Below are positions 12,166 through 23,925 of a stretch of 64,000 nt of DNA, piece by piece. Positions within the stretch are counted from its first letter, which is position 1, and every line of letters begins with the position of its first letter. The DNA comes from Antechinus flavipes (lineage: Eukaryota), in the NCBI RefSeq assembly GCF_016432865.1, contig NC_067402.1, positions 33,108,001 through 33,172,000 of the forward strand. The letters are read 5' to 3'. Below the pieces are notes generated by a model, which was not told the origin of the DNA, ran no database searches, and worked only from the letters and a program-made list of their open reading frames with translations. Made by a program: the position numbers and the translations under genes.

Positions 12166-13714
12166 TTTTGACAATAAATCCAGTTTCTTTCCATCAAAGG
12201 AACTGGAAATTGTATTTTGAGAATGATTTATCAATGTTTATCAATAATGATAATAAACTCTAAGATCTCATAAAACTATCTATGATCCTAATATTCAACG
12301 ATTCAATTCAACATGTTTTAATTTCTTTTATTAATTTTATTAATTGATTCAGTCAACAACTACAAAGTGAGTCAGGAACTGTCCTAGGTGCTAGTTTCTG
12401 ATAAATAATGAGCAAACTTCTAGCAACTCTTTAAGCAATGCATGGAACTCTCCTAAAATCTCTTGTCAAAAATCCTGTGCACCAAGTCAATGACCCCAAT
12501 GTATTCCTGCAAAATCAGATGTAAAAGAAATTTTGTGCAAATACAATCTCTCTGCAGTTCTTTCTAAACAAGGAAACCCTATACCAGTGACACATTACCT
12601 GCCCCATGGGGATTGGGAAGTAGAGAGACAGACAGACAGACAAAAAGAGAGACAAAGACAGTGAGAAAGAAATTGGATGACAGAATAATCAAGAAAAGAA
12701 AGAAAAGTCAGACTGCCAAGAGATCCGCAAGCCATTTCCCTCAGCTATCTGTTTGAGAAAACTGTTTTCTTTCCAATGTATTCTGTAACACATCCCGCTG
12801 TGTACTTTTTAATTAGAAGGAAAGGTTAAGGCGGTTAACCAGATTATGTTAAAATATGTGTATAAACACACTCAAAATTCCGAAACTGGAAAGCTTGCAA
12901 TGATTTATTTTTTTAATATTTTAAGTGAACGTGGGTGTGTAATTTATTTTATTATTACGAAGGAATAGATCCAAAGAGCACTGCCGGCCTATGCAGCTCT
13001 AGGGTGTGTTCATCAAGAAGTTGCACAACTTAGCAGCCTTTGGGGGAATGTCCTGCATGTTTTTTCTTCTCCCTCCAGTGAGGAAAATCAAGGACAATAA
13101 AAAGAGGCATAGGTCTGGAGGATAAGCTGGGATTAAGTGTCTTGAACAATGTAGAGGAAATGTGAAGTGATCACAAGGCATTTACCGACTTCCTGTACTT
13201 TCAAGAAGAGAATTCTTTACTCAATGAAACACACACACATAAAAAAAAATACATTAGAAAATATTCTGGAAGCTGGTAAATCTACAACTTTAAATTCAAT
13301 CCAACATGCCTTTATTGAGTGCTCACTTGGCACAAGGAATAACTTGTTCAAGTCTAGAAGAAAGGAAGGGAAGTGAATTATAATGGAAAGCATACTGGCT
13401 TTGGCATCAGAGGTCTTAGGCTCATCTCCTTACTAATTGTGGGAAGCTTGTTCAAGTCCCTTGTTCCTCCTTTGGGTCTCCATTCCTCATATAAGAGGTT
13501 TGGATTAGATGGCCTCTCTTCCAGCCCAGATCCATGATCCACTGATCTATTTTTTCCTAAGTACTTCCTCAAGAAAATGAAGTGGTATGAGAGTATGAAT
13601 CCAGAGGTCAGAAGGTTTCAATACCTCACTTCTAACTACTGGGGAGAATCTCTGTTCAAGAGATTTCCTTTTGGATTCCAACAGCCACTGGCTTACATAA
13701 ATGCTTCACTCTGC

Positions 13715-13837
13715 CTTTCAATTAATTAAGCAATAAGCATTTACTATGCACCAATTATGTGCCAAACACTTTGGTTCCACCACAAAAATGAAGTGGTCCG
13801 TGCTCTCAAAAGGGTTACATTTTATCAGGAGAAAATG

Positions 13838-13892
<55 letters not shown>

Positions 13893-13915
13893 GCAACTGA
13901 AGCATCAAATATGGC
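13715..13915 (-). mobile_element. L2 3' tail containing a (GT)n expansion
   Basis: caataagcatttactatgcacc…tgtgccaaac…gtgctctcaaaaggg. Confidence 0.7.
13842..13889. repeat. (GT)24 microsatellite
   Basis: Read directly. Confidence 0.99.
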
Positions 13916-13984
13916 GGGTAGAGAGTTTGAGAGTGTTGGATTTCAAATGATGAAGACCAAATTGAATTGCCCCTGACCATACAG

Positions 13985-14311
13985 GTCTTGGTCAGAGTCG
14001 AGGTGGGAACAAATGTCTTTTCACTCTAAGACCAAAACATTTCCTACTTTATAACACTTTATCTCTAATAACATATGCACATCATGGAGTTACTGTGAGG
14101 TTTAAATGAACAAAGAACATAAAAGCTCTAAGATGTTATATGAATGTGTATAATAATGTGACCTTCACACCTTCACACCTGATTAATTGACATCAGTTTC
14201 ATTTGCCTAGCTAATATCCAAAAGTGAGTGACTGATTCAGGGATAAGCTTGAGACATAAGGAGAGTGTGGGGGACATATAGGGTTCTTTGAAGGCTGAAT
14301 AGAAGAAGAAG
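13985..14311 (+). repeat. Copy A of an old ~320-bp local duplication
   Basis: Colinear with 15623-15933, roughly 85% identical by eye; includes an identical 31-mer at 14227-14257. Confidence 0.95.
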
Positions 14312-14439
14312 GATTTGAACTGTTACCATAATGTAATCATGATAATTTCTCCGGGATATAGTTTACATTTAAAAAGTGTATGGTAGCATTCTATGGTCTT
14401 CAATGTACTCTCCATCTATAAAGTTATGCTACTGTGATC

Positions 14440-14700
14440 CTATGAGTATTTACAAGATAAAAGCAAAATAAGTTTGAGACAGTTGGGGGGAAGGGCACAC
14501 ACATTTTTAGGAGCAGACAAAGCTTCACATAAGAAGTTGGTGTTTGAGCTGAATCTTGAAAGAAATAAGAGATTCTGTGAGTTGAAGGTCAAGAGAAATA
14601 GGTGATGGCTCATGCAAAAGCATGGAGAGAAGAGATGGAATATCATGTATGAAGAATAATAAAAAAACAATTTGGCTTGTGTTAATATAATCACAAATAC
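14440..14700 (-). mobile_element. L2 remnant
   Basis: gcttcacataagaagttggtgtttgagctgaatcttgaaag…gcaaaagcatggag. Confidence 0.7.
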
Positions 14701-15622
14701 AAAACCATCATTGGGGAGAACTGTTTCTCCTTTCCCCACAGAGGAAACAAACATATGTAGGTAAAGTACACTGTAAAGTTCTTTGCAATGTTTTTGACAT
14801 GTTCCTGAAAAGCCCCAAACTATGTAAGATGAGCTTTGCCAATGCCATGCAAAGTAAGACTATGTGCTGAGGCACCGTACCATAGTTGGGACTTCAGAAT
14901 TCAGGCACATGAAACAACCCTTCATTTTTCTACCATGAAAACACAAGATAGTCCAAAGGGGAGAGTGAGAAGTGCTGTTCAGAAAATCTGCAGAAAGTGA
15001 GTTTTGAATAACAGAGATAACCAGTTAGCTCTATGCCATTTCTGTTTATAAATGTGGTGTCCTAGAATGGCTGGCATTACCCAGATGCCCCCAAGGGAAC
15101 TGAATTGACTCATATTGGATGGAGAGTGAAAGGATGGAGCAAAGTTAGTTTTCATGCCTTTGCTAGGATCGGTTGTACTCTTGTGGGTTTCATTGGACTA
15201 AAATGGATCCAAGAGCACACAAGTTTATGGTTGCAGTGATTCTGTACTGAATGAAACAGCATATTTTGCTATCAGGTAGGTATCAAAGGTATGAGAGACT
15301 GGCAATCCCACTCTTCTTGGTGGAATTTAAGATCTAGTACTTGCCCAATATCCAGGTGCTATGAACCAAATTCTTGCCAACCCTTAACAATAAAAGCATA
15401 ATAAATTTATAGTTAGAAGGAATATTGGAAGTGATTTTATAGATGAGAAAATGAAACTCAAGGAGGTTTAATGATTTCCCTCCTGCTATACATGGAGCAA
15501 ATTCATGATATCAAAAACCTAGAGCTAGAAGGGACCTCACACATATCAAGTCCAACCCCTTCGTTTTGCAGAATAGGGGACTAAGTTCAAAATTGGCCAT
15601 TGATTTGCACCTCCCCACAAAG

Positions 15623-15933
15623 ATCTTGTGCAGAGTTGAGATGGGAACAAATGTCTTTTCACAATAAAGCCAACATATTTCCCCACTTCATAACACTGGA
15701 TCTCTAAAAACATATGCACATTATGGAGTTGTTGTGAGGTTTAAATGAATAAAGAATGTGAGAGTTCTAAGATATTATATGAACGTATATAATAAAGTGA
15801 CCATCACAGCAGCAGCTCTGATTGATTGACATCAATTTCTCTTGCCTAGCTTATATCCAGAGGTAAGTGACTGATTCAGGGATAAGCTTGAGACATCAGG
15901 AGAGAGTGGGGGACTTTGAAGGCTGAATAGTAG
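15623..15933 (+). repeat. Copy B of an old ~320-bp local duplication
   Basis: Colinear with 13985-14311; identical 31-mer AGTGACTGATTCAGGGATAAGCTTGAGACAT at 15866-15896. Confidence 0.95.
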
Positions 15934-17384
15934 AAGGAAGAATGAATTGGCAACCCACTTGAAGATGCAGGTGGCTTTCTCCCTCCAAGTGTCTTGGCAA
16001 GATTGAGGCATCCAGGTAGTTTGCATCCCATGGGGGAGTTTCTTCATATGCTTTTGAGTGATAAAGGGACAGAAATGAAAATGAAATGCAAACACCTGAG
16101 ATGGATAGAGATTCCGCAGCAGAACTGGGATCGCCCAGAACAGGACCAACACCAGCTGCTCCTTGCTTCCCCAGACACCTGGACCATTGCAACGATGAAA
16201 CTGAAAAACATTCTAAGAGAACTTGTATTGCATCAGCACGGTGGACATTATTATAAACTATAGAGGTTTGTCTAAGTGAAGAAGCTCCAAGCGAATACTT
16301 CCCTGGCTTCCCATTGGGACCTGAACTTGAAGAGTATGGGATGTACCTACCCCTGGGTGACTTTGATACAAAGAGAATCTCATGACTGAGTAGTGGACAT
16401 ATGAGGTACACTGATGCTAACTTGCTTTGACTCATCTAGTCTAATTTTAAAGACTATGCACAAATATGTCTATTAAAATGTCCATCAAAACACAATAGGG
16501 ACGGGACAAGGGAAGAAGTTTCATTAAATAAAATGAGAGCTATAAGCCATTGATCTCTTTGGGTTATACTTCCCACATGAATGGTGACATCTCTCAAAAG
16601 GGGGCAGAGCCAAGCTATAAAAAGCTCCCCCCCCCAGTTGCCTGAGAGCCAGAGAATCACAAGGAGGGTAGCAGTAACCCCCAGAAAACCCTCCCATGTT
16701 AGGTATAGACATGACAGATGGGAGCCCAGTGTTGGATTGATAGTACATATTCTGCTCCTGACTATCCATCAGGACTGGGCAATGATCACATAGTCCTCCT
16801 TGACCCCTTGTAAAACATCACAATGGCAAAACAATGTTATCATTGTTATTATTATTACAGAGATTCCTCATTAAGCATAAACTTGATTGGCAGGAATTGG
16901 ACTTTCAAAAAAAAGAGCACAAATCCAGGGAATGATTTGAAATGCAATACACAGAAGCTCATTTTAGAGAATTACAATGTTCTCAAAGCCCTGAACTTTA
17001 GTAAATGTGGGTTTTTCCCCCATTTACAGCTGCATTTTTCATGGCTGCTTTTGCTTCATCTCTTTCCCTCCAACCAAATCAACCTGTTCGTTGCTTAGAG
17101 CCAACAGCTTCCCCACAATACTAGCAAACGTGGTCTGGGCAGCCAAGGAGCATTTCCTACTTTTTTGCCATGGACTATTAGAGAGGGGTTTGATAGCATC
17201 TGGGTGTCTTTTTCAACTCAAGTTGCTTTGCACAATTAAACCACATTGGGGAATTTTCTTTTTTGAACTCTTTAATCTGTGGTGTCCAATGACAACAACA
17301 AAGACAGAAAGAAAAGCAAAAAAGAAAAATGATTTACCAGTTGAATTGACTCCTTCTACCAAAAATTTGACTTAAAAGTTCTCT

Positions 17385-17810
17385 ATGATGGACATAGCCT
17401 GATACAATGGAAAGAGAGCTGGCTCTGGAATCAGAAGGATCAGAGTTTAAGTCTTGCCTAAACTAATTTCTACCTGTATTATATGGGGCAAATCACTAGC
17501 CTTGATTTCCTAATTGGCAAAATGAGGGACTTGATCTATACATTCTCTGAAGTGAACTCTATATCTATTATTTCATCAGCAATATGATTTTCTTACAATA
17601 TATCTGTACTACATTCCCCTCAACCTTAAGCAAAAAATAGAACTAGAAGGTAACTTAGTCCTATCTCCTCATTTTACATATGAGGCAAGTGAGGTCTAGA
17701 CACTTAGAGAAACTTGCCCAAAATTGCAGAAGGAGTAAGCGCTATGGATTGGATTTGAGTTCAGGACCTCTAACTCCAAATCCATCACTTTTCTCATTGC
17801 ATCATGCATC
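17385..17810. mobile_element. Two MIR3-like SINEs (+ 17385-17560; - 17625-17810)
   Basis: ggaaagagagctggctctggaatcag…ggcaaaatgagggacttga; agaactagaagg…ttttacatatgaggcaagtgagg. Confidence 0.7.
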
Positions 17811-18463
17811 CCCTTTAGGTTAGCAAAAGATGCTCTATGGATAACTTTTCTGGAGTAGTTCTATCATGAGAAATCAGCAACAGTTCACTCCTATGATACT
17901 GGCCTTTCTGAGTTCCTAGAATCTGTGGGGAAGTCTTGGATTCTTTTCCACCAAACTTCATCTGGCCAGAGCACACAATTCCTTAGTAATCCATCCATCA
18001 CCATTAACCAGCTGAAAGCTGCCCCATTGTTATAAAATTCTTGAAAATCATGCTGAACAAAGGGATGGAATTGATTTATAAACAAAGCAAGTGTCCAGGC
18101 CATTAAGCACTAAAGAAAATGAATTGGGTTTTCAAAGCTGGGTCTATACCAGAGCCATCCCACTGCTGTTCATGCAAGTAGAGATGCTGCCCTCCCTTAC
18201 TTCAGCTATCCAGACAAGTTTTAAGACTTTTTGTCAGTGTTTCTCATGGACATCAGTCAATAGCTTAAAACTGTTCTTATATAGGTTTTATACAGGTCTT
18301 GTACAGGTCAAATTCTACCACATCAAATATCACAAAACAGAAATTTCCATAGAACAAAATACTGTCAAATTTTCCTTTTATTTCAACAAATTTTGCACCA
18401 CCCCCATGCCAAAAGAATTTGGACAGTGCTCCATATTCTGTGCCAATGGGATTTAGTTTACAA

Positions 18464-18600
18464 NNNNNNNNNNNNNNNNNNNNNNNNNNNNNNNNNNNNN
18501 NNNNNNNNNNNNNNNNNNNNNNNNNNNNNNNNNNNNNNNNNNNNNNNNNNNNNNNNNNNNNNNNNNNNNNNNNNNNNNNNNNNNNNNNNNNNNNNNNNNN
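18464..18600. other. Assembly gap (N)
   Basis: Run of N. Confidence 1.
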
Positions 18601-18799
18601 CACCGAAAGAGAAAACTTGTAGATCTTCGTCTAAGTTTTATTTTTTTTTCAAATTCATCATTGACTCAAAAATACGCAATCAAGGTGACAAAGATTGGAA
18701 TAATATGAGTGTTTATCTGTCCCTTAAAGATGATTTAAATGAAAACATTTTGGAGGAGGGGGCTTTATAGGATTTAGAATTGGTACAGACCAAAGGCAA

Positions 18800-18990
18800 G
18801 TGAAAAGCAAATGCTAGCTTTGGAGTCAGAAGTCAGGTTTGCATCCAAGCTCTTCCACTTACCAGTGACATGACCTTGCACAACTCACTTTAGTTCTTTG
18901 TGGTTCAGATTCCTTATAAGTAAAATGAGAAAATTGGATTAGATGATTTATAAGGGTCTTTTCTGCCCGTAATCTTGAATTCACTACATA
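18800..18990 (+). mobile_element. MIR3-like SINE
   Basis: ttggagtcagaag…gtaaaatgagaaaattggattagatgatttataagggtc. Confidence 0.75.
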
Positions 18991-19286
18991 ATGCTGCTTC
19001 CAGGATAGTAGATCCTCTCGTCACTTCTTTACCAATTAGGTATAACCATTTGCCATCCCCTTCTGCTATTAGTAAGGAAAAGTGCCAGGATGACTCATTT
19101 CTGGGTCCTGGATCCTACAGAAAGTCTAGGAAAAAAAGCATGTATCCCTTCCAATGCACCTCTAGAGATTTCGAGATATGTCTCATCATTAAGACAACAG
19201 GTCATAAAGTTCGATTTATGGAAATAGATTTATTCCTTTATTTGTACTCACATTCAACCATAAAGGTTTATCTTCTGATCAGTCAT

Positions 19287-19288
<2 letters not shown>

Positions 19289-19326
<38 letters not shown>
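19289..19326. repeat. (AC)19 microsatellite
   Basis: Read directly. Confidence 0.99.
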
Positions 19327-19328
<2 letters not shown>

Positions 19329-19561
19329 CCCTTTACAAAGGCAAGACAAGTTTAAAAGCTCGAGACCATCTTTGTTCTTTTCAGGTTAACAAGAACTAAG
19401 AAGAGGCTAGAGGGAGTTGGGGGTGGGTAGGAATACTACAGAATGCATGCTTCGTGCTTTTTATGTCACTTTGATTCATGATAAGCAAACTTCAGTGTGT
19501 GTTTAAAATCTGGAGGATTTATATTATTAACCAAACAAGAATTTTTACAATCAGTGAACAT

Positions 19562-19829
19562 NNNNNNNNNNNNNNNNNNNNNNNNNNNNNNNNNNNNNNN
19601 NNNNNNNNNNNNNNNNNNNNNNNNNNNNNNNNNNNNNNNNNNNNNNNNNNNNNNNNNNNNNNNNNNNNNNNNNNNNNNNNNNNNNNNNNNNNNNNNNNNN
19701 NNNNNNNNNNNNNNNNNNNNNNNNNNNNNNNNNNNNNNNNNNNNNNNNNNNNNNNNNNNNNNNNNNNNNNNNNNNNNNNNNNNNNNNNNNNNNNNNNNNN
19801 NNNNNNNNNNNNNNNNNNNNNNNNNNNNN
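19562..19829. other. Assembly gap (N)
   Basis: Run of N. Confidence 1.
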
Positions 19830-20594
19830 TCAGACATGTGCACTACTTTTCCTCTGCCAGTGGGTAGCAAATATCTAGCACTTTCGTTAACTCCTTCAAA
19901 TAAACTCATTTGGAGCCATGCTTTTTTCACTTGTGAGGAGCCAAATAAGTTCAACAGACTCCAAGGGCCACACCAGCCCAATCAACTAGAGGCCAACTGA
20001 AATTTGGATGATCCTTTCTCTACCACCCCCTCATCATGAATGCTGCTGGCTCACTACTCTCGTGTCTAGACAGGCCAAAGGAAAAAGGGGAGGAAAAGAG
20101 CAGAGAAAGAGAACTCCTAAAATATTCAGCCACCAACAGCCCGTAATATGCAGTTCTTAGTTTGATGGTAGAGATGGAGCTTGGCCTGAATAACGGAAGC
20201 CACCTGTAAAAGACATTCCCAGATAAATGGGCTAAAAGGGATGAGCCCATCCAAATGGGACTGTCTTCCCCATGAGGAGCTGTTTAACTCATCCAGAATG
20301 GTGGTCTGTCCATGTCCTTGGAAGAAAGCGATTTGGCATTGAGCTCATGTTTGTTGTTGTTGTCATAGTTGTTGTTTTTCATTTCTTTTAAATTTTTATT
20401 TTCGATTCCACACTGAATCCAGACGGCTCTCAAGAAGCCTGCATCTAAACCTCCTAATTTCCAGAAAAGTCTTCCCTTTGATTGTAATTTCTTTGCAGCT
20501 TTCCTGGGGGTTGGGGGGAGACTTTGCTGAATTAGAGACATCATGCCTTCTTCCACCTGTAACTATCTCCCACTCAACTGGGAGACAATGGCTA

Positions 20595-20743
20595 TGATTG
20601 ATCTAATGAGGGATTGGAGAAGCCAGCTGATTGCTATAAATAGTTGATAGCACAAACTTGCATTTGGCTTCCCAAAGGATTTTTCATCAGCACTGGCACT
20701 CTAGTCGAAATAGGTAAGAGAACAAAAATGAAAATAGGTAAGA
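20595..20743 (+). promoter_or_regulatory. Candidate TATA promoter with a short first exon and twin splice donors
   Basis: ATTGG 20613-20617, CAGCTG 20624-20629, TATAAATA 20635-20642, AG|GTAAGA at 20714 and 20738. Motif-based only. Confidence 0.3.
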
Positions 20744-21559
20744 CTTTCCAGCCTGGCTTTAGTCAGGAATATTAGAAAAGGTCTTGAATGACTCAAGGAG
20801 GGAAGAAAACATTGATAAAAAGGATACTTAAAAAAAAGCAAATTCTATGTACCATCTTGTCTGTTTTCTTAGGGCAGTAGCATTATTTTTGCTGAAATAA
20901 AGATTTGTAGCAATGAAAGAAGCCTATATAACTAGAACATTTCAAAATTTTCCCTTTCTTAAAAAATAAAATTAACAATTGATTTTGAATTTCTTTTACA
21001 GTGATAACATGGTATATTAAGGGATATTGAAATGTTTCACATAACCATTAGGAAAACCTTGGAAGATTTCATCCCACCAGCTAGAGTGCATACTGTTCAA
21101 AATATTTCAATGAGTTAGTTGAATGGAATCTATCAGAAAATAAAATATGACCAAGGTAATTCTGATTGCATGAGAGATTTGAGGATGATAACCTAATCAT
21201 GCAATCTCCCTCTAGATCAGCAACACAATCTTGTTCACAGAACTGTGTACATGTGTCATTTTACTTTAGCAGGGCACTCATCTGGTCGTTTTATGTTCTG
21301 ATGCTAGAAAGAAATGGAATGTCCTTTTCTCAAGAAAAAGAACATAGACATGATTGCCCTAGCTTCTTCTCTCCAAAAACATAAGTAAAATAAAAATCAT
21401 CACTAAGTAACTAATCTACTTGTCCATATTTCCTAAGTCTGATCCTTGGGAGACAATTTAATACTAATACCATACACAAAGCCTTTCCAGGATGATAGAA
21501 CCTGCCAAAGTTTACTCTTTTTGCCTCCAAGAGGCTAGTACCATCTCCATTCTCCCAGT

Positions 21560-21755
21560 GAAACATCAGACTAGTCCTGGCTTTAGAATTAGAGAATCTG
21601 TGTTCAAATCTGTGCTCTGTTATTTTTCTTATTCCCTGTGTGATCTTAGCCAAATCACTTAGCCTATCTGTGCCTCAGTTGTTTCCTCAGTTACAAATAA
21701 GAGAATTGGACTCCATTTTCTCTAAGGTCCCCCCTAAATCTAAAAACAATGATTG
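21560..21755 (+). mobile_element. MIR3-like SINE
   Basis: ctggctttagaattagagaatctgtgttcaaatc…gaattggactcc…ctctaaggtcccc. Confidence 0.75.
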
Positions 21756-21782
21756 CAAAGTGACATTAAGATTTTGGTACAT

Positions 21783-21783
<1 letters not shown>

Positions 21784-21818
<35 letters not shown>
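21784..21818. repeat. (CA)17 microsatellite
   Basis: Read directly. Confidence 0.99.
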
Positions 21819-21819
<1 letters not shown>

Positions 21820-23714
21820 AAACAAGTTTTGAGTATAGCTAGACACAAAGAGTATAATAGAAAAGGAAAAATAACTACTCTTTGATGTAAGAAAGAACCA
21901 ATAACAGAATCACCTTATAAAATAATTGGAACCCAGAGAAACACTGACATTGTATAGTTTATTAGTCTCAATGACCTCTTGGGCCTCTTCCTTTCTAAAT
22001 CGATGATTTAGTGATTGCATCACTTTGAAATAACTGAAATGGGACCTATTAGCAAAGACAGCCTTTCACATCCAATGATGTGATTAGTGTGAATGAGTTA
22101 CACGGAGGCAGAACAAGTTCTAAGGTGGGGATGGAGGGCATGGAAGACAGACAATTAGACAAATAGCCTGAGAGATTTTAGATATGTTGGAAATTATTCT
22201 TGACCTCTCTTTATTCATGCCCACTTGACAAAAGACACTTTAAATGATATGTAGGTAATATGAACAAGCTGATAAGAATAAGCCTTTAAAATTAATCCAG
22301 CAAAAGGAAAGGCTATTTCAAAAAATGAAAATGAATGAGAAGCCATGGCATCAATGTGTTATTCAATACAAAATGCTATGAATTGCTTGTTTTTAAATGA
22401 GCATAGCTAACTTACATTAACAATAACAATGAAGTCTAGTTAACCTATCTGAAGATCAATATCCAAAAAGGAGAGTTTGAGATTGAAAGCTTTTTCTTAC
22501 AATGTCCTCCATTTTAGATCTACTCACATCAGCAAAAAATGGCACCTCTGACTCTCTTCTAGAATTGATTAAAATTTAAGTCCATAAAGGTGGCTGTGTC
22601 ATATTTAGTGTTACTTATTTCATTAGATGTCAGATTAACTAGTAATTAGTTCAATTGAATTACTTAATATTATTACTTCCTATAAAATGCTCCATAACTT
22701 CTGTACACATCAAAGCATTTGATTTATTTCAAAATCATTACATGTCAATAGTTTGGGGGCACTGGTAGGAAATCAAGATGCCATCTAGTTTATTCAGCTA
22801 AAATAGGATTCCTCCCATCCATTTCCTCTCTATGACTTTTCTCTTTACTCATCTGAGACTTTCCAGTTAAATATTCAGACAGTTTGGATTCTTTATCAAA
22901 TAGAAGTAATTTGAAATGCTGCACCAGTAAGTCAAATAGTGGAAATTCATAAGCTCCACCTACTTAATATAGGGATTCTACTACTAAATAATAATTTTGG
23001 TGTTATAATTTCCTAGAATCATGGAGTCATAAAGGACTTGAGCATCCATCCTCTCAAAACCTATACAAGAATAAGAATCCATGGTATGACATATTTGAAA
23101 AGAAATCACCCAACATGGCGGGGATGGACAAAGAAAGTGATTCACCTTAAGTAATTTAAGACAAATAGTACAAGTTTTTGACATAGTGAAATTGACTTTT
23201 TAAAAAAAAGTAACAGCAGATATTGAGGTAATTACTAAAGGAAACTAGGGGCTGGGAGCCATTTTTTCTTTGTTTCTTTTTCACTGAGAAACAAAATATG
23301 CTTTTACCAAAACCACCGATGCTTTCTCTGTGAATGATGCCTGTTAGCAAAGCAAAAAAAATAAAAAATAAAAAAAAATTTCTATTCAATCCTGATCCAG
23401 TATCTGGAATGAAAATAGCCTATCAGTTAAAATTGAAAAGTTGGGGTTCTGGTCTATTGCACTAGATAGTAATGGCAATTATGAATAAGTCACTGATATT
23501 CTTTAGATCACTTTCCTTGTCGATGGAATGAGAGTTTTGAACTTGAATATTTAATAACATTTCTTTAGCATTTCATGTTTTATAAAACATTTTTATCAAA
23601 ATAATCTTATAAGGTTAATAGCAGGAGCATTATTCTACCCATTTTACAGGTGAAAAAACAGACTGAGTGTCTCATCTTCTGTCTTTTTGTTATTATGGCA
23701 ATATTTTTGACCCA

Positions 23715-23925
23715 GTGTGATGTAGAAGAATGGCCAGGAAGACCAGGTTCAATCTTACCTAGGATACCTAATGACACTGGACAAGTCTCTTAAACTCTCA
23801 GTGTCCTAGGCAATTCTCTAAAACTATCAGTTGGAGAAAAGACATTACCTCCATTAGTAAAGTGAATTTTCTCATGTGGGAGTTCTCTATCACAGTGAAA
23901 TCACAGGTCCTGTCCCTATCCCTGT
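23715..23925 (+). mobile_element. Marsupial CORE-type SINE with a distinctive gcaattctctaa…gaaatcacaggtcc tail (family name uncertain; MdoRep1/Mar3-like)
   Basis: The same tail recurs at ~4585-4795, ~35945-36045, ~60660-60860 and ~62605-62740. Confidence 0.65.

Noticed and set aside
15900-16800. Filovirus NP/VP35, bornavirus or parvovirus EVE
   Set aside because: Compared from memory with their hallmark motifs; only superficial resemblance (e.g. FPGF, GPEL). Not claimed; kept only as a search suggestion.
18277-20000. Long ORFs containing X runs
   Set aside because: They are open only because they cross N gaps; the same applies at 34.9, 45.0, 47.2 and 60.0 kb.
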